Below, one piece after another: positions 1-9,512 of a stretch of 64,000 nucleotides of DNA. Position 1 is the first letter of the stretch, and each line of letters starts with the position of its first letter. Under the pieces are notes generated by a model. The model did no database searches. It saw nothing but the letters and a program-made list of their open reading frames with translations, and was not told the origin of the DNA. This stretch comes from Minisyncoccota bacterium (lineage in GTDB: Bacteria > Patescibacteriota > Microgenomatia > UBA1400 > PJMF01). Location: assembly GCA_009991965.1 (NCBI GenBank), contig JAACWQ010000003.1, positions 15,274 through 79,273 on the forward strand. Direction: 5' to 3'. A program made the position numbers and the translations under genes.

Positions 1-1
1 C

Positions 2-799
2 TATCTCAACTTTGGCCTGTTGTACAACTTTAAGTACGCGGGATCCTGGCAGCTCTCATTCACCAGTCCAGTAGTATTATTCTTCTTTACACTCCAGGGT
101 AAGGCGCTCGTACTTGGCGGTATGTTACTGCTCTTGCTTGGTCTTAATCGAAAACTGTCGCCAGTAACGCAATTTTCGCTCGCTTGGTTTTGGCTTGCAT
201 TGTTTGCCAGCTTACTTTCTAACCGACCATACCCGCACTATTTTCTACAAGTTATTCCACCCGCAGCCATACTAGTCGCACTCTTTTTTACTCGAGAGCG
301 AGGACTAGCTCTAATTAGTGGTAGTTTGACAGTTTTACTAGCTGTACTTGTCTTACTCCACGTAGGTTTATATAGTACTGGCGCATACTACAAAAATTGG
401 CTGAAATATCTCACCAAACAATATACCCGACAAGAGTATTTTCAAACGTTTGACTCACTCATGAACGATAACTACGCAGCAGCGAAACTTATCACAACGA
501 CGAGTAGCAAACCAAGTCTTTTCATTTGGGGAACAGATCCAATGCTATATGCGCTCACCAAAGCAGTGCCACCAACGCGCTTTACCGTCTCATTTCATAT
601 TGCGGATCTCAACGTCTACGAACAGACAATGAAAGATGTCAATGCTGCTCGGCCCGAATATATTGTGGTCATGAATGACGAGACTCGAGAGCTACCAGGT
701 CTAAATCAGCTGCTCTTTGACGAGTACACAATAAATACACAGTACGATAAATTCGCGCTTTGGAAACGTCTACCAAACGCGGCCGGCCTGCTATACTAG
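2..799 (+). CDS. Membrane glycosyltransferase (GT-C/ArnT-like), 5'-truncated by the window edge
   Basis: Frame is open from base 2. Several TM segments, an 'RPYPHYFLQ' motif and a C-terminal soluble domain (LFIWG..P.LY, RPEYIVV). Lies in a glycosylation cluster. Confidence 0.6.
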   Translation, partial: YLNFGLLYNFKYAGSWQLSFTSPVVLFFFTLQGKALVLGGMLLLLLGLNRKLSPVTQFSLAWFWLALFASLLSNRPYPHYFLQVIPPAAILVALFFTRERGLALISGSLTVLLAVLVLLHVGLYSTGAYYKNWLKYLTKQYTRQEYFQTFDSLMNDNYAAAKLITTTSSKPSLFIWGTDPMLYALTKAVPPTRFTVSFHIADLNVYEQTMKDVNAARPEYIVVMNDETRELPGLNQLLFDEYTINTQYDKFALWKRLPNAAGLLY

Positions 800-802
800 G
801 CT

Positions 803-1159
803 ATGGCAGATTCTCAGTTGTCTATTGCGGATGTTTTTAAGCAATTTCGCGCACCGTTCATTGGTAATATTTTGATCATTTTGCTCCAAGTTAGCATTGC
901 TGTAGTCGCGATCAATATACTTCAGCCTGTCGTGCCTCTGTTTAATAATCAACTACTCGCAACTAACACCCTGATGCCAAAAATTTGGCTCGCACTCCTA
1001 CCAGCTCTATCGCTCATCTTTAGTCTCTTCAGCCTGCTGTTGATGTTATTCTCCCGCTCACTTGGCTCCACAATTCTCAATATTTTTGCTTGGAGCAGCA
1101 CAACGATCAACGGCATTCTATTACTCTCACTAGTACGAATAGTTCTTTTGGTAAAATAA
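803..1159 (+). CDS. Small membrane protein (about 3 TM), unknown function
   Basis: 118-aa hydrophobic ORF tightly packed between its neighbours; TGnTATACT 5 nt before the ATG. Confidence 0.65.
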   Translation: MADSQLSIADVFKQFRAPFIGNILIILLQVSIAVVAINILQPVVPLFNNQLLATNTLMPKIWLALLPALSLIFSLFSLLLMLFSRSLGSTILNIFAWSSTTINGILLLSLVRIVLLVK

Positions 1160-1161
1160 CT

Positions 1162-2217
1162 ATGCTTTTTTTTCTCAGTTTTTTGCTGGCATTCTTAATC
1201 ACACCAATGGTGATTAAATTGTATAAAAAACATGGCTGGCTTGATGATCCAAAAAAACAAGTACATGCCAAAAAAACACATAAGATAGCGGTGCCGCGCG
1301 GTGGTGGGATTGTCGTGTTCTTTGCTATTCTCGTGTGTAGTCTTTTATTTTTACAATTTGATCAATACTTGCTTGCTATCTTGGCTGGTGCTGGCATTTT
1401 GGCGATAGTTGGTTTTCTTGATGATATCTACGATTTGCACCCCTTCCCCCGCCTACTTGCAAACGGTTTTGCCGCACTACTCGTTGTGGGATCTGGAATT
1501 GGTATCGCGTACGTCAGCAACCCGTTTGGTCCTGGCGTGATACATCTTGATCAGCCACAAATATCCTTTGCTTTTTTTGGTGAGATACGGAATATCTGGC
1601 TGCTTGCCGATCTGTTTGCAGTGCTGTTTATTATCTGGAACATAAACATTGTGAATTGGTCAAAAGGAGTTGATGGACAATTGCCAGGTTTTGCGGCCGC
1701 GGCGCTTGTATTTATTGGTTTGCTTTCAAGCAAGTTTGTTGGCGACCCCACCTCATTTAACACCGCACAACTCGCATTTATTGTGGCAGGCGCTTTCACC
1801 GGTCTCTTACTCTGGAACTGGTACCCGCAACGGATTATGCCGGGCTATGGGGCAGGATCACTAGCCGGTTTTTTCTTGGGTGTACTTGCTATTCTATCTG
1901 GCGCAAAACTAGCAACGACTCTGATGGTTCTCGCTATCCCAACTGCCGACGCAATTTTTACCATAGGCAGAAGGTTGTATGCAGGAAAATCACCATTCTG
2001 GGGTGACCGCGGTCACTTACATCATAAATTATTTGACACATTTGGATGGAGCAGACAAAAAATTGCAATCTTTTATAGTTTCTCGAGTATCGCGCTTGGT
2101 ACGCTCTCTCTCTATTTGAACACTATCGGAAAATTGCTTACAATTGCGATAACCATGAGCCTCGTGTTTGGTGTATTATTCTGGGTAAAGATCAAAAAAA
2201 GTACTCAAAAAAAATGA
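1162..2217 (+). CDS. WecA/TagO/MraY-family polyprenyl-phosphate GlcNAc-1-phosphate transferase
   Basis: Motifs 'PRGGG', 'GFLDD', 'NWSKGVDGQ', 'WNWYP..IMPG' and 'DRGHLHH'. ATG 1162 follows the upstream stop. Confidence 0.88.
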   Translation: MLFFLSFLLAFLITPMVIKLYKKHGWLDDPKKQVHAKKTHKIAVPRGGGIVVFFAILVCSLLFLQFDQYLLAILAGAGILAIVGFLDDIYDLHPFPRLLANGFAALLVVGSGIGIAYVSNPFGPGVIHLDQPQISFAFFGEIRNIWLLADLFAVLFIIWNINIVNWSKGVDGQLPGFAAAALVFIGLLSSKFVGDPTSFNTAQLAFIVAGAFTGLLLWNWYPQRIMPGYGAGSLAGFFLGVLAILSGAKLATTLMVLAIPTADAIFTIGRRLYAGKSPFWGDRGHLHHKLFDTFGWSRQKIAIFYSFSSIALGTLSLYLNTIGKLLTIAITMSLVFGVLFWVKIKKSTQKK

Positions 2218-3185
2218 TGAAGAAATCCCCACTAATTCTGCTTTTTTTACTCATAAAATCTGCTCGTCCAAGACAATGGGTCAAAAATTTCTCGCTCTTT
2301 GCCGCACTCGTGTTTTCTGGCTTTTTGTTTTATGACCCAATTGACGCTCCTTCATATTTTTGGACGGTAACGCTTGCTGCTATCACTTTCACACTGGTTA
2401 CCTCTGCAATTTACATTGCCAACGATATTATTGACAAGGATGCCGATGCACAACATCCGTTTAAGAATAAACGACCAATTGCTTCTGGAGCACTTCCAGT
2501 TTCTTTGGCCAAAATAGCAGTCGTCGCACTGCTTGCCATTGCGGGATTTTTTACCCTCTACTTCTCACTCTTCTTTAAGCTGCTTATTTTGCTCTACGTT
2601 GTGTTGCAAATTGCCTACTCGAAAAAACTCAAACATATCCCCATTCTGGATGTTGCATCAATCGCACTTGGGTTTTTGATTCGTATTTATGCTGGATCCG
2701 TAGTTGTTGATTTGCACATGAGTGTTTGGTTCTTACTCACGGTGATATCCGCATCACTCTTTCTTGCGGTTGGGAAACGGCAGAGCGAGCGAACACTGCT
2801 GCTAGGAAATCCCGATGTCTCTGTAGGCTCCACTCGCAAAATTCTCAAACGATACAGCGAGCGTTTGCTTGACCAATATACTGCCATGTTTGCTACCGCT
2901 ACCTGGCTGACGTATGCAATTTTCACCTTCCAGAATGAAGTCGTTGTCCCGCAATCTGAATTTGCAACGCTCTTTCAACTTTTGCCAAAAACCCTGCATA
3001 CCCAAAAGTGGCTGATGATCTCAGTGCCGTTTGTGATTTTTGGAGTCATGAGATATTTGCAGTTAGTCTATGAGAAAAATCAGGGAGAATCACCAGAGCG
3101 CGTATTATTTAATGATAAGCCGTTATTGATTACACTCTTTCTCTTTGGCGTCAGCGTCATCTTTATCCTCTACCTACTCGCATAA
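2214..3185 (+). CDS. UbiA-family prenyltransferase, decaprenyl-phosphate phosphoribosyltransferase-like
   Basis: 'RPRQWVKN', 'NDIIDKDADAQHPFKNKRPIASG', 'LKHIPILDV' and 'GKRQSE' match the DPPR-synthase subfamily. Confidence 0.85.
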   Translation: MMKKSPLILLFLLIKSARPRQWVKNFSLFAALVFSGFLFYDPIDAPSYFWTVTLAAITFTLVTSAIYIANDIIDKDADAQHPFKNKRPIASGALPVSLAKIAVVALLAIAGFFTLYFSLFFKLLILLYVVLQIAYSKKLKHIPILDVASIALGFLIRIYAGSVVVDLHMSVWFLLTVISASLFLAVGKRQSERTLLLGNPDVSVGSTRKILKRYSERLLDQYTAMFATATWLTYAIFTFQNEVVVPQSEFATLFQLLPKTLHTQKWLMISVPFVIFGVMRYLQLVYEKNQGESPERVLFNDKPLLITLFLFGVSVIFILYLLA

Positions 3186-3188
3186 CTT

Positions 3189-4457
3189 ATGCAGCGATTT
3201 GTAGAACGTTACTACAGCCCACTACTTGTATTGCTCATTGCTATTGCTTTTTTTTCGCGCCTCTACCGCGTACATATTCCAGAGAAATATATGTTTGATG
3301 AGGTATATCACGCCTCTACAGCAAAGTTGATTGCCCACAATGATCCACGAGCTTACGAGTGGAACGCCAAGTCTGATGAGAAGGATACCGCCATAGATTG
3401 GCTACATCCCCCTGGAGCTAAATTACTACAGGCAGGTAGTATGTTTTTGCTTGGAGAAACAAGCTTCGCATGGCGACTGAGCTCGGTGGTATTTGGCACA
3501 CTTGTCATACTAACGACTGTGTGGCTTGCGCAAGCGTTGTTTGAGGACAAACGCCTCTCACTGCTGGCTGGCGTGTTTGCTGCAAGCGATGGTTTGTTAC
3601 TCGTACAGTCGCGTATTGCGATGAATGATATTCATGTAACTTTTTTTATTTTGCAGACGCTCTTGTGGTATTGGTTATATCGCAAGAAAAAACTTCGTAA
3701 ATACTTTGTGGCAGCTGCAGTCATGGCTGGCTGCGCAATTGCGAGTAAATGGTCTGGAGTGTTCGCAATTGGTGTGGTTGGTTTGTTTGAAGTTGCTAGC
3801 GTGCAAATTACACAACATCGAATCAAAAACCTACGGCGAATTTTGCCCAACCTTGGTTTGTTGCTTTTGATTCCAGCAGCTCTATACCTAGCGAGCTACG
3901 GTCAAATGTGGCTGCAAGGTAAGCCATTGAGTCATTTTGTCGAACTACACAAACAAATCTGGGCCTATCAAACTACGCTAACTGCAACTCATCCCTATCA
4001 ATCGACCGCTCTGCAATGGTTTTTTAACATACGGCCAGTTTGGGTTGCAGTTGAATATGGAGTTGGCACGAGAGCAGACATATACGCTTTTGGTAATCCA
4101 GCACTGTTTGTTTGGGGAGCTATCGCGGTTATTTTGACAGCTGGAGTACTTGTATGGAAATTTAAAAAATCATCGCCCGCACTTCTGTTTCTGTTTGTTA
4201 GCTATCTTGTTGTTTGGGCACCCTGGGCATTCTCACCCAGAGTAATGTTTTTTTACCACTACGCACCAGCTGTTCCACTCCTCAGTATTATCCTGGCCTA
4301 TTGGGTGATGAAGCTAAAAAAGAAACGTGTTGTTATCAGCTGTATCAGCGGGAGCATCATACTTGCTGCTGTAGTTTGGTACCCGCACTGGACATTATTG
4401 CCTGTCTCAAATGCATTTGCAGACCAAGTGTACTTTCACTTTACAACGTGGAAGTAG
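3189..4457 (+). CDS. PMT-family (GT39) polyprenyl-P-sugar:protein glycosyltransferase
   Basis: 'MFDEVYHA', 'HPPGAK', 'SRIAMND', 'SKWSG', 'HPYQS..W', 'GNP', 'RVMFFYHYAP'. Confidence 0.88.
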   Translation: MQRFVERYYSPLLVLLIAIAFFSRLYRVHIPEKYMFDEVYHASTAKLIAHNDPRAYEWNAKSDEKDTAIDWLHPPGAKLLQAGSMFLLGETSFAWRLSSVVFGTLVILTTVWLAQALFEDKRLSLLAGVFAASDGLLLVQSRIAMNDIHVTFFILQTLLWYWLYRKKKLRKYFVAAAVMAGCAIASKWSGVFAIGVVGLFEVASVQITQHRIKNLRRILPNLGLLLLIPAALYLASYGQMWLQGKPLSHFVELHKQIWAYQTTLTATHPYQSTALQWFFNIRPVWVAVEYGVGTRADIYAFGNPALFVWGAIAVILTAGVLVWKFKKSSPALLFLFVSYLVVWAPWAFSPRVMFFYHYAPAVPLLSIILAYWVMKLKKKRVVISCISGSIILAAVVWYPHWTLLPVSNAFADQVYFHFTTWK

Positions 4458-7454
4458 TTACAACTCCAAAAATTGCAAATTACGAATTTCTGCCATAACA
4501 GTTTTGATTAATTCTGAAAGATCTGCGACAGCAGAATCAGTCAGCTCAAAAGAGCGGGTAACAATTTTGCCACTCTCACGATGAGGTTCGACAAACTCAA
4601 ACACACCTTCTGTAACGACAGGTCGAAAGGAAGGATCTAGATCGGCTAGTAATTTGTAAAATAATAACTGTCTTTTGTACGGTCCGCGAATACTTTCGGG
4701 TAACGCCTGTTCTCGCTCAGAAAGTCCAGCTGCCTGTGTTGTACCCTCAATATCTCCGATGCTCCGCTGTCTACCAGTTTTATAGTCAATAACACGAACA
4801 AGTTTTTCTTTCTTATCAATCCAATCCACTCGATCAATACGCCCACTTAGTGCAATATCATCGAGCATGGTGGTAGAAAAGCCTGAGCCAAAAAATCGCT
4901 CAATAAAAACTGGCTCAGCCACAAATCTTTCAGGCTCCTGGTAGTAAGCTGCTAGGAGCCTCTCTCCAGAAGCAACTCTACGCTCCAACTCATCTGTAAT
5001 CAACAATTCTCTTTGCAGCGCTTCGACGAATACTTGTTGTGCTGCCGCAAGACTCGGCTGCGTTCCACTGTCAGATATTTCTCGAAAGACAAACTCCAGT
5101 GCTTTGTGTACTGCAGAGCCAAACGCCATCGGAGCAGGCTTTGCTTGTGGCAAACGTAGCAGTACGTCTTGAATAAAGTCCTTTGGATCGTGCAAGTACT
5201 TATTGAGCGACGTAACAGAGAGTCGAAAATCTGTGAGCAGTGAAGAAAGATACTCTTTCTCTGTCGGAGAATAAGTGCTCGATAATTTTGGCAAAACAGA
5301 AGACTCAAGAAACTTTTCCTTCTCAGCTTCATCAAGCTCGACTTTCACTTCTGTTTCGGAAAGTGCATTCATCTCTGCCAAAAACTGTGTTGGTATGGCG
5401 GCTTTTTCTTTACCAGACTGCAAAATAGTTTTCGAGTATGTTGCTGTAAACTGTTTTTTTGCTCTAGTGAGTGCTACATAAAACAACCTACGATCTTCTG
5501 CTAATCGCTCTGTGCTATCACCCACGCTGGTGAACCGGAGTACTGAGTCAGGCAGTGTCAATAATTGTGGTTTGCGCGCATTGCCCCAAACCCCGTCTAG
5601 GCTGTGTACTAAAAATACATACTCCCATTCACGACCCTTGGCCTTATGCCCAGTTGTAACTTCAATTGCTTGTGTTTCTGTTTGCAAGTACGCTGCCTCA
5701 AGACGAATAGTGCGCTCTTGCATGATTGATACCGCACGTACAAACTCTCGCAGGCCAAATGTATGGTCGCTATAACTGAGTTGTTTTGCAGTCTCACTCA
5801 GCGCTTGAATTTCTGCCAAATAGGTATATTTCTCTGGTTGTTTGAGCAGCCAATCGAGATATCCTGTATCAGTGAGAAGAGTAGTGAACCAATCGGGAAA
5901 TGAGAGTTGGCGCTCTGTCACGCCGAGCTCTTTCAACTTAGAAAGTGCTGCAAGAATAGGTTCTGACACCGAATTTTCTGACTTAGAAAGCAGCTCAAAA
6001 AGAGTGATGCCTTCTTTGCCAGCTTGGCGAGCGAGCGTCCAAAGCTCCACACGCGATAAGTCAAGCCACGGAGCACTCAATACAGTAAAGAGCTCGTGTC
6101 CATCACCTCCCGATCGTAACTCTAAAATAGTTTGCAAAAAAGCCAAAACACCAAGAATATGTGTTTTTTCTAACACGCTCGTACCACCAGAAACACTACA
6201 CATAATACCTTGTGCCAGCAACACTTCGGCCACCGCATGAACTTCGCTATTTTTGCGACACAAAACGACTATTTCTTCCGGTAGAACTCCTTGTGAAAGC
6301 AACTCTCGTAATCGCTTTGCTAGGAAAATGTGCTCCAACTGCTGGGTATCTGCAACGACCGTCTGCGCTCCGTCTTTTTCTTTTGAAACTGCTAGCAATT
6401 GCGTACTCAGACCTTCGCGTAAATGCGCTGGCAATGACTCCGGCAAACTCGTATGCGTTGTCAACGAAAATGCAGCGTCGTACAAAAATTGTGGACAACG
6501 ATATCCTGTCTTGAGCGTGACCAACGTAGCAGCGGGGTACAGTTCCAGAAACCTGTAGGTATTTTCGAGTGACGCACCTTGAAAACGATAGATAGCTTGG
6601 TGCGGATCACCCACTACAAACACATTTGCATCTGCTCCCCAAAACGCCGCCAATTGCTCCACAAGCGAGTTTTGGGCCGTATTCGTATCCTGATATTCAT
6701 CGACCATAACGTACAAAAATCGCTCCTGACAAATCGTCAAAAAGTCAGGAAATTCTGCAAATGCACGTAGCACAAATAGAATCATGTCTTCAAAATCAAA
6801 ACGAAGTTTTTCTCGCAAGGCCAATTCATAAGCAGTGAAAACTTTGAGCAACTCCTGATTCTTCTCTTTGTTGCGTGCGAATTTGATCTTACCCGCCTTT
6901 GTTGTTGGCTCGGCATCTGGCGCAAATGATCGATCGATAATTTCTGCAAATGCAGCTGGTTCAATACCTTCTCGCTTGAGATCGCTAATTGCCTTCATTG
7001 CAGACGGCACATACAACATTGACTGATTAAGCGGTTTGAGAATATCGAGTGGCAACGTCTCAAACAATGAGTGCAAAATTTCTGAACGCTCAAGTTCAGT
7101 CAGCGGCTCACTTTCTTTTGCAATCGGGAAATACTCGGGATACTCTTTGATGAGTGCTGTGCAGAAGGCATGAAAGGTCGTAATGGGCACACCATATCCA
7201 GCTGCGCCAATCAGTGAAATTAATCTAGTACGCATCTCGGTGGCTGCTGCGTCAGTAAATGTCAGCGCCAAAATACTCGACGGAGGTGTATCCGTTTGTT
7301 CCAAGATCCGCGCAATTCTAAGCGAAAGCACCTGCGTCTTGCCCGTACCTGGACCAGCCAGAACCATAACTGGGCCGTCAATCGTATCGACTGCAAGTTT
7401 TTGGTCTTCGTTTAGTTGCTGGTAGGCGGTGGAAAAGGATTGCGGTGCGGACAC
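4458..7454 (-). CDS. UvrD/PcrA-family helicase fused to a C-terminal PD-(D/E)XK nuclease (AdnA/B-like)
   Basis: Walker A 'AGPGTGKT', 'DEYQD', 'VGDPHQAIYRFQGA', 'HKAKGRE', 'RRLFYVALTRAK'; nuclease 'GRIDRVD..IDYKTG..QLLFY'. Confidence 0.92.
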   Translation of the reverse strand: MSAPQSFSTAYQQLNEDQKLAVDTIDGPVMVLAGPGTGKTQVLSLRIARILEQTDTPPSSILALTFTDAAATEMRTRLISLIGAAGYGVPITTFHAFCTALIKEYPEYFPIAKESEPLTELERSEILHSLFETLPLDILKPLNQSMLYVPSAMKAISDLKREGIEPAAFAEIIDRSFAPDAEPTTKAGKIKFARNKEKNQELLKVFTAYELALREKLRFDFEDMILFVLRAFAEFPDFLTICQERFLYVMVDEYQDTNTAQNSLVEQLAAFWGADANVFVVGDPHQAIYRFQGASLENTYRFLELYPAATLVTLKTGYRCPQFLYDAAFSLTTHTSLPESLPAHLREGLSTQLLAVSKEKDGAQTVVADTQQLEHIFLAKRLRELLSQGVLPEEIVVLCRKNSEVHAVAEVLLAQGIMCSVSGGTSVLEKTHILGVLAFLQTILELRSGGDGHELFTVLSAPWLDLSRVELWTLARQAGKEGITLFELLSKSENSVSEPILAALSKLKELGVTERQLSFPDWFTTLLTDTGYLDWLLKQPEKYTYLAEIQALSETAKQLSYSDHTFGLREFVRAVSIMQERTIRLEAAYLQTETQAIEVTTGHKAKGREWEYVFLVHSLDGVWGNARKPQLLTLPDSVLRFTSVGDSTERLAEDRRLFYVALTRAKKQFTATYSKTILQSGKEKAAIPTQFLAEMNALSETEVKVELDEAEKEKFLESSVLPKLSSTYSPTEKEYLSSLLTDFRLSVTSLNKYLHDPKDFIQDVLLRLPQAKPAPMAFGSAVHKALEFVFREISDSGTQPSLAAAQQVFVEALQRELLITDELERRVASGERLLAAYYQEPERFVAEPVFIERFFGSGFSTTMLDDIALSGRIDRVDWIDKKEKLVRVIDYKTGRQRSIGDIEGTTQAAGLSEREQALPESIRGPYKRQLLFYKLLADLDPSFRPVVTEGVFEFVEPHRESGKIVTRSFELTDSAVADLSELIKTVMAEIRNLQFLEL

Positions 7455-7466
7455 GTTTGTATGATA

Positions 7467-8501
7467 TCAGACTGTAAAACCCATCGTTTTCATCAGAGAA
7501 ATAAGAGCAGCTTTCTCACCTTGCTGTGATACAAAATTTTCGACTGTTTCTCTCATTGATTGTGCGCGAACCATACTCGCACGAATATTGTTCTCAAACT
7601 GACAAAAATGTAGACGCATTTTATCTATTTCAGACTGACTAAGTTCGTTTTTCTCATTAAGTCGGTACATAAGTTTTTCAAATCGTAACGCTTGCCAAGC
7701 TACAAAACCTGGTTGGCCATCTAACCAATTCAACAACATATTTTTTACTTTAATACACTCAATTTCACTAATTGTTTCCAATCGCTTGGGATCCCGAAGA
7801 TTCTCATGTAATTCTCGACACTCCGCATCTCCTTCATTAAAAAAATCGCTTGCACTCTCCATCCCAGAAGTTGCTAGATCAGCTACTGCCATAATCAATG
7901 CGGGGCGAGGTATTTTATTTTCAGCTTCCAAAGCTTCATCAAAATGCGGTTGGGTAATGTACAACTCATCTCTGGTGCCACCTTCCCTCATTTCTCCGAT
8001 AGCTGCAATGAGTTTGGGATTATTTTCAAGTGCCTGTGCATAATATGGATAATCTGCAAACTTTGCCAACTTAAATTCTGGAAAAGTGAACTCAATCGCC
8101 AAAGTCACTACTCGTATGTCATCTTCTGTAAAGATTTCTACTTGTTTGTTGGCGTCACGCATGTGTTGTGCGACTGCCCGAGCACTTTGAGCCTCACTTC
8201 CTTCACTACCACTTGGCAAATCACTTGCTCGTGCCCCGCGGAAACGAGAAATTTGTTCTAATAATTCGCCTGAACTGGCATGCTGATACGACAACACTTT
8301 GTCGTGCCAAGCGATTGCAATCAAAGTCAAATATTGATCCTTGGACGAAACATCAATCGCTATAAGGATTTTCTCCATATGATGCACCACAGTGTCGAGA
8401 TGCAATGATTCATGATACTGTTTCGGATCTATTCCTCCCTCATCATGCTCCTCGCCGTGAATTTTAAATCCCGCCGCAATGATTCCTTCCGCTGTTGTCA
8501 T
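7467..8501 (-). CDS. HD/PDEase-type metal-dependent phosphohydrolase
   Basis: 'YHESLH', 'AWHD', 'EAQSA' and 'VADL' in HD-domain order. The frame stays open upstream to 8573. Confidence 0.6.
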   Translation of the reverse strand: MTTAEGIIAAGFKIHGEEHDEGGIDPKQYHESLHLDTVVHHMEKILIAIDVSSKDQYLTLIAIAWHDKVLSYQHASSGELLEQISRFRGARASDLPSGSEGSEAQSARAVAQHMRDANKQVEIFTEDDIRVVTLAIEFTFPEFKLAKFADYPYYAQALENNPKLIAAIGEMREGGTRDELYITQPHFDEALEAENKIPRPALIMAVADLATSGMESASDFFNEGDAECRELHENLRDPKRLETISEIECIKVKNMLLNWLDGQPGFVAWQALRFEKLMYRLNEKNELSQSEIDKMRLHFCQFENNIRASMVRAQSMRETVENFVSQQGEKAALISLMKTMGFTV

Positions 8502-8615
8502 AAACAGATTGGAAACTGCTTTATTCTCAGGTGCTAATAATTCAGTGATTGGTTCAGGCGTAGTAGGTATCCTTTATCAAAAGTATTGATTAGTCAATTA
8601 TTATCATAGCGGGAA

Positions 8616-8822
8616 TTATCGCCCTGATTTTATCTCTTGTTGCAAACGATCAATCTGCCGAGCTGCTCGCTCGCCGTCTTGTTTAAATCTGCTAGACAAT
8701 GGATCGGCACTGGCAAACTCTGCACGAGCCAATTGGCGGCGCTTGGCAATGGCGGATTTGAGGCGGGCTTCAAGGGCTTCTGCGCGGTGTTGGCCAAAGG
8801 TAGTGGGAGTAGAATCTGACAT
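8616..8822 (-). CDS. Small coiled-coil hypothetical protein (68 aa)
   Basis: ATG at 8822 lies 1 nt after the hicA-like stop; helical Arg/Ala/Glu-rich sequence. Confidence 0.55.
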   Translation of the reverse strand: MSDSTPTTFGQHRAEALEARLKSAIAKRRQLARAEFASADPLSSRFKQDGERAARQIDRLQQEIKSGR

Positions 8823-8823
8823 T

Positions 8824-9078
8824 TCAACAACAATCTTTAATCTCTTTTTTACTAAAACCAAAACACATCAGCTCTCTCTCAATAATTTGATGCAAATTTC
8901 CATGTTCAAAATCATGGCGAGGAACCATAATAAATGGTCTCTGATTATCTACAATCGGCACTCTGCTTGGATGCCGATATTTATAATGACCACCCCGACC
9001 AGTCCCCACATCTAAAACAAAACCAAGACACTCAAGCACAGCCAATATCTTCTTTCTTTTTCTGGGAAGATTGCCCAT
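8824..9078 (-). CDS. HicA-like toxin (dsRBD-fold mRNA interferase)
   Basis: 84 aa, basic; 'LGF..GRGGHYKYRHP..IMVPRH' matches the HicA G-S/G-H...VPxH pattern. Confidence 0.72.
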   Translation of the reverse strand: MGNLPRKRKKILAVLECLGFVLDVGTGRGGHYKYRHPSRVPIVDNQRPFIMVPRHDFEHGNLHQIIERELMCFGFSKKEIKDCC

Positions 9079-9084
9079 GAGATT

Positions 9085-9435
9085 CTAGGCGAAAGCCAAT
9101 CCTTTGGGATACACAAACTGTGTTTTTTTGCCTGGCTTCATGTTTCTTGGAAAAAAATGGTTTTCTGTATTCTTCGCTATATACCTCGGCACATCAAAAT
9201 AGGTGAAAATTGCGTCATTTACCAAATCTATAGTTGTCTGTTCATCATTAAGCGGAGCTATAACATATAAACCAGGATATTCTGCGGAGTTTATTAAAAA
9301 AGTTTTATTTTTTTTATCAATTTTTGTATCAAAATCTATACTACGCGGTAAAGGAAAGCTATATTTGGCACGCAAAATCTTGTACTGAATGTATTGCACA
9401 AATTCTGCTAGGTGTTCTTGAATTAAAATTAGCAT
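9085..9435 (-). CDS. HicB-like antitoxin (partial RNase H fold, no evident DNA-binding domain)
   Basis: 'FLINSAEYPGLYVIA..EQTTIDLVNDAIFTYF' resembles the HicB N-domain; 6 nt upstream of the hicA-like gene. Confidence 0.6.
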   Translation of the reverse strand: MLILIQEHLAEFVQYIQYKILRAKYSFPLPRSIDFDTKIDKKNKTFLINSAEYPGLYVIAPLNDEQTTIDLVNDAIFTYFDVPRYIAKNTENHFFPRNMKPGKKTQFVYPKGLAFA

Positions 9436-9512
9436 AAGTGGATTGTAACAAAATATTGGTTGTTTTAATACAAAGCAGAAGATTAGAGGCTGGGTGCTTA
9501 ATAAATAGAATT

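Noticed and set aside
4455-4460. Convergent genes with abutting stops (also 15087/15088 and 34439-34442)
   Set aside because: This is ordinary genome compaction, with no specific evidence for antisense regulation.
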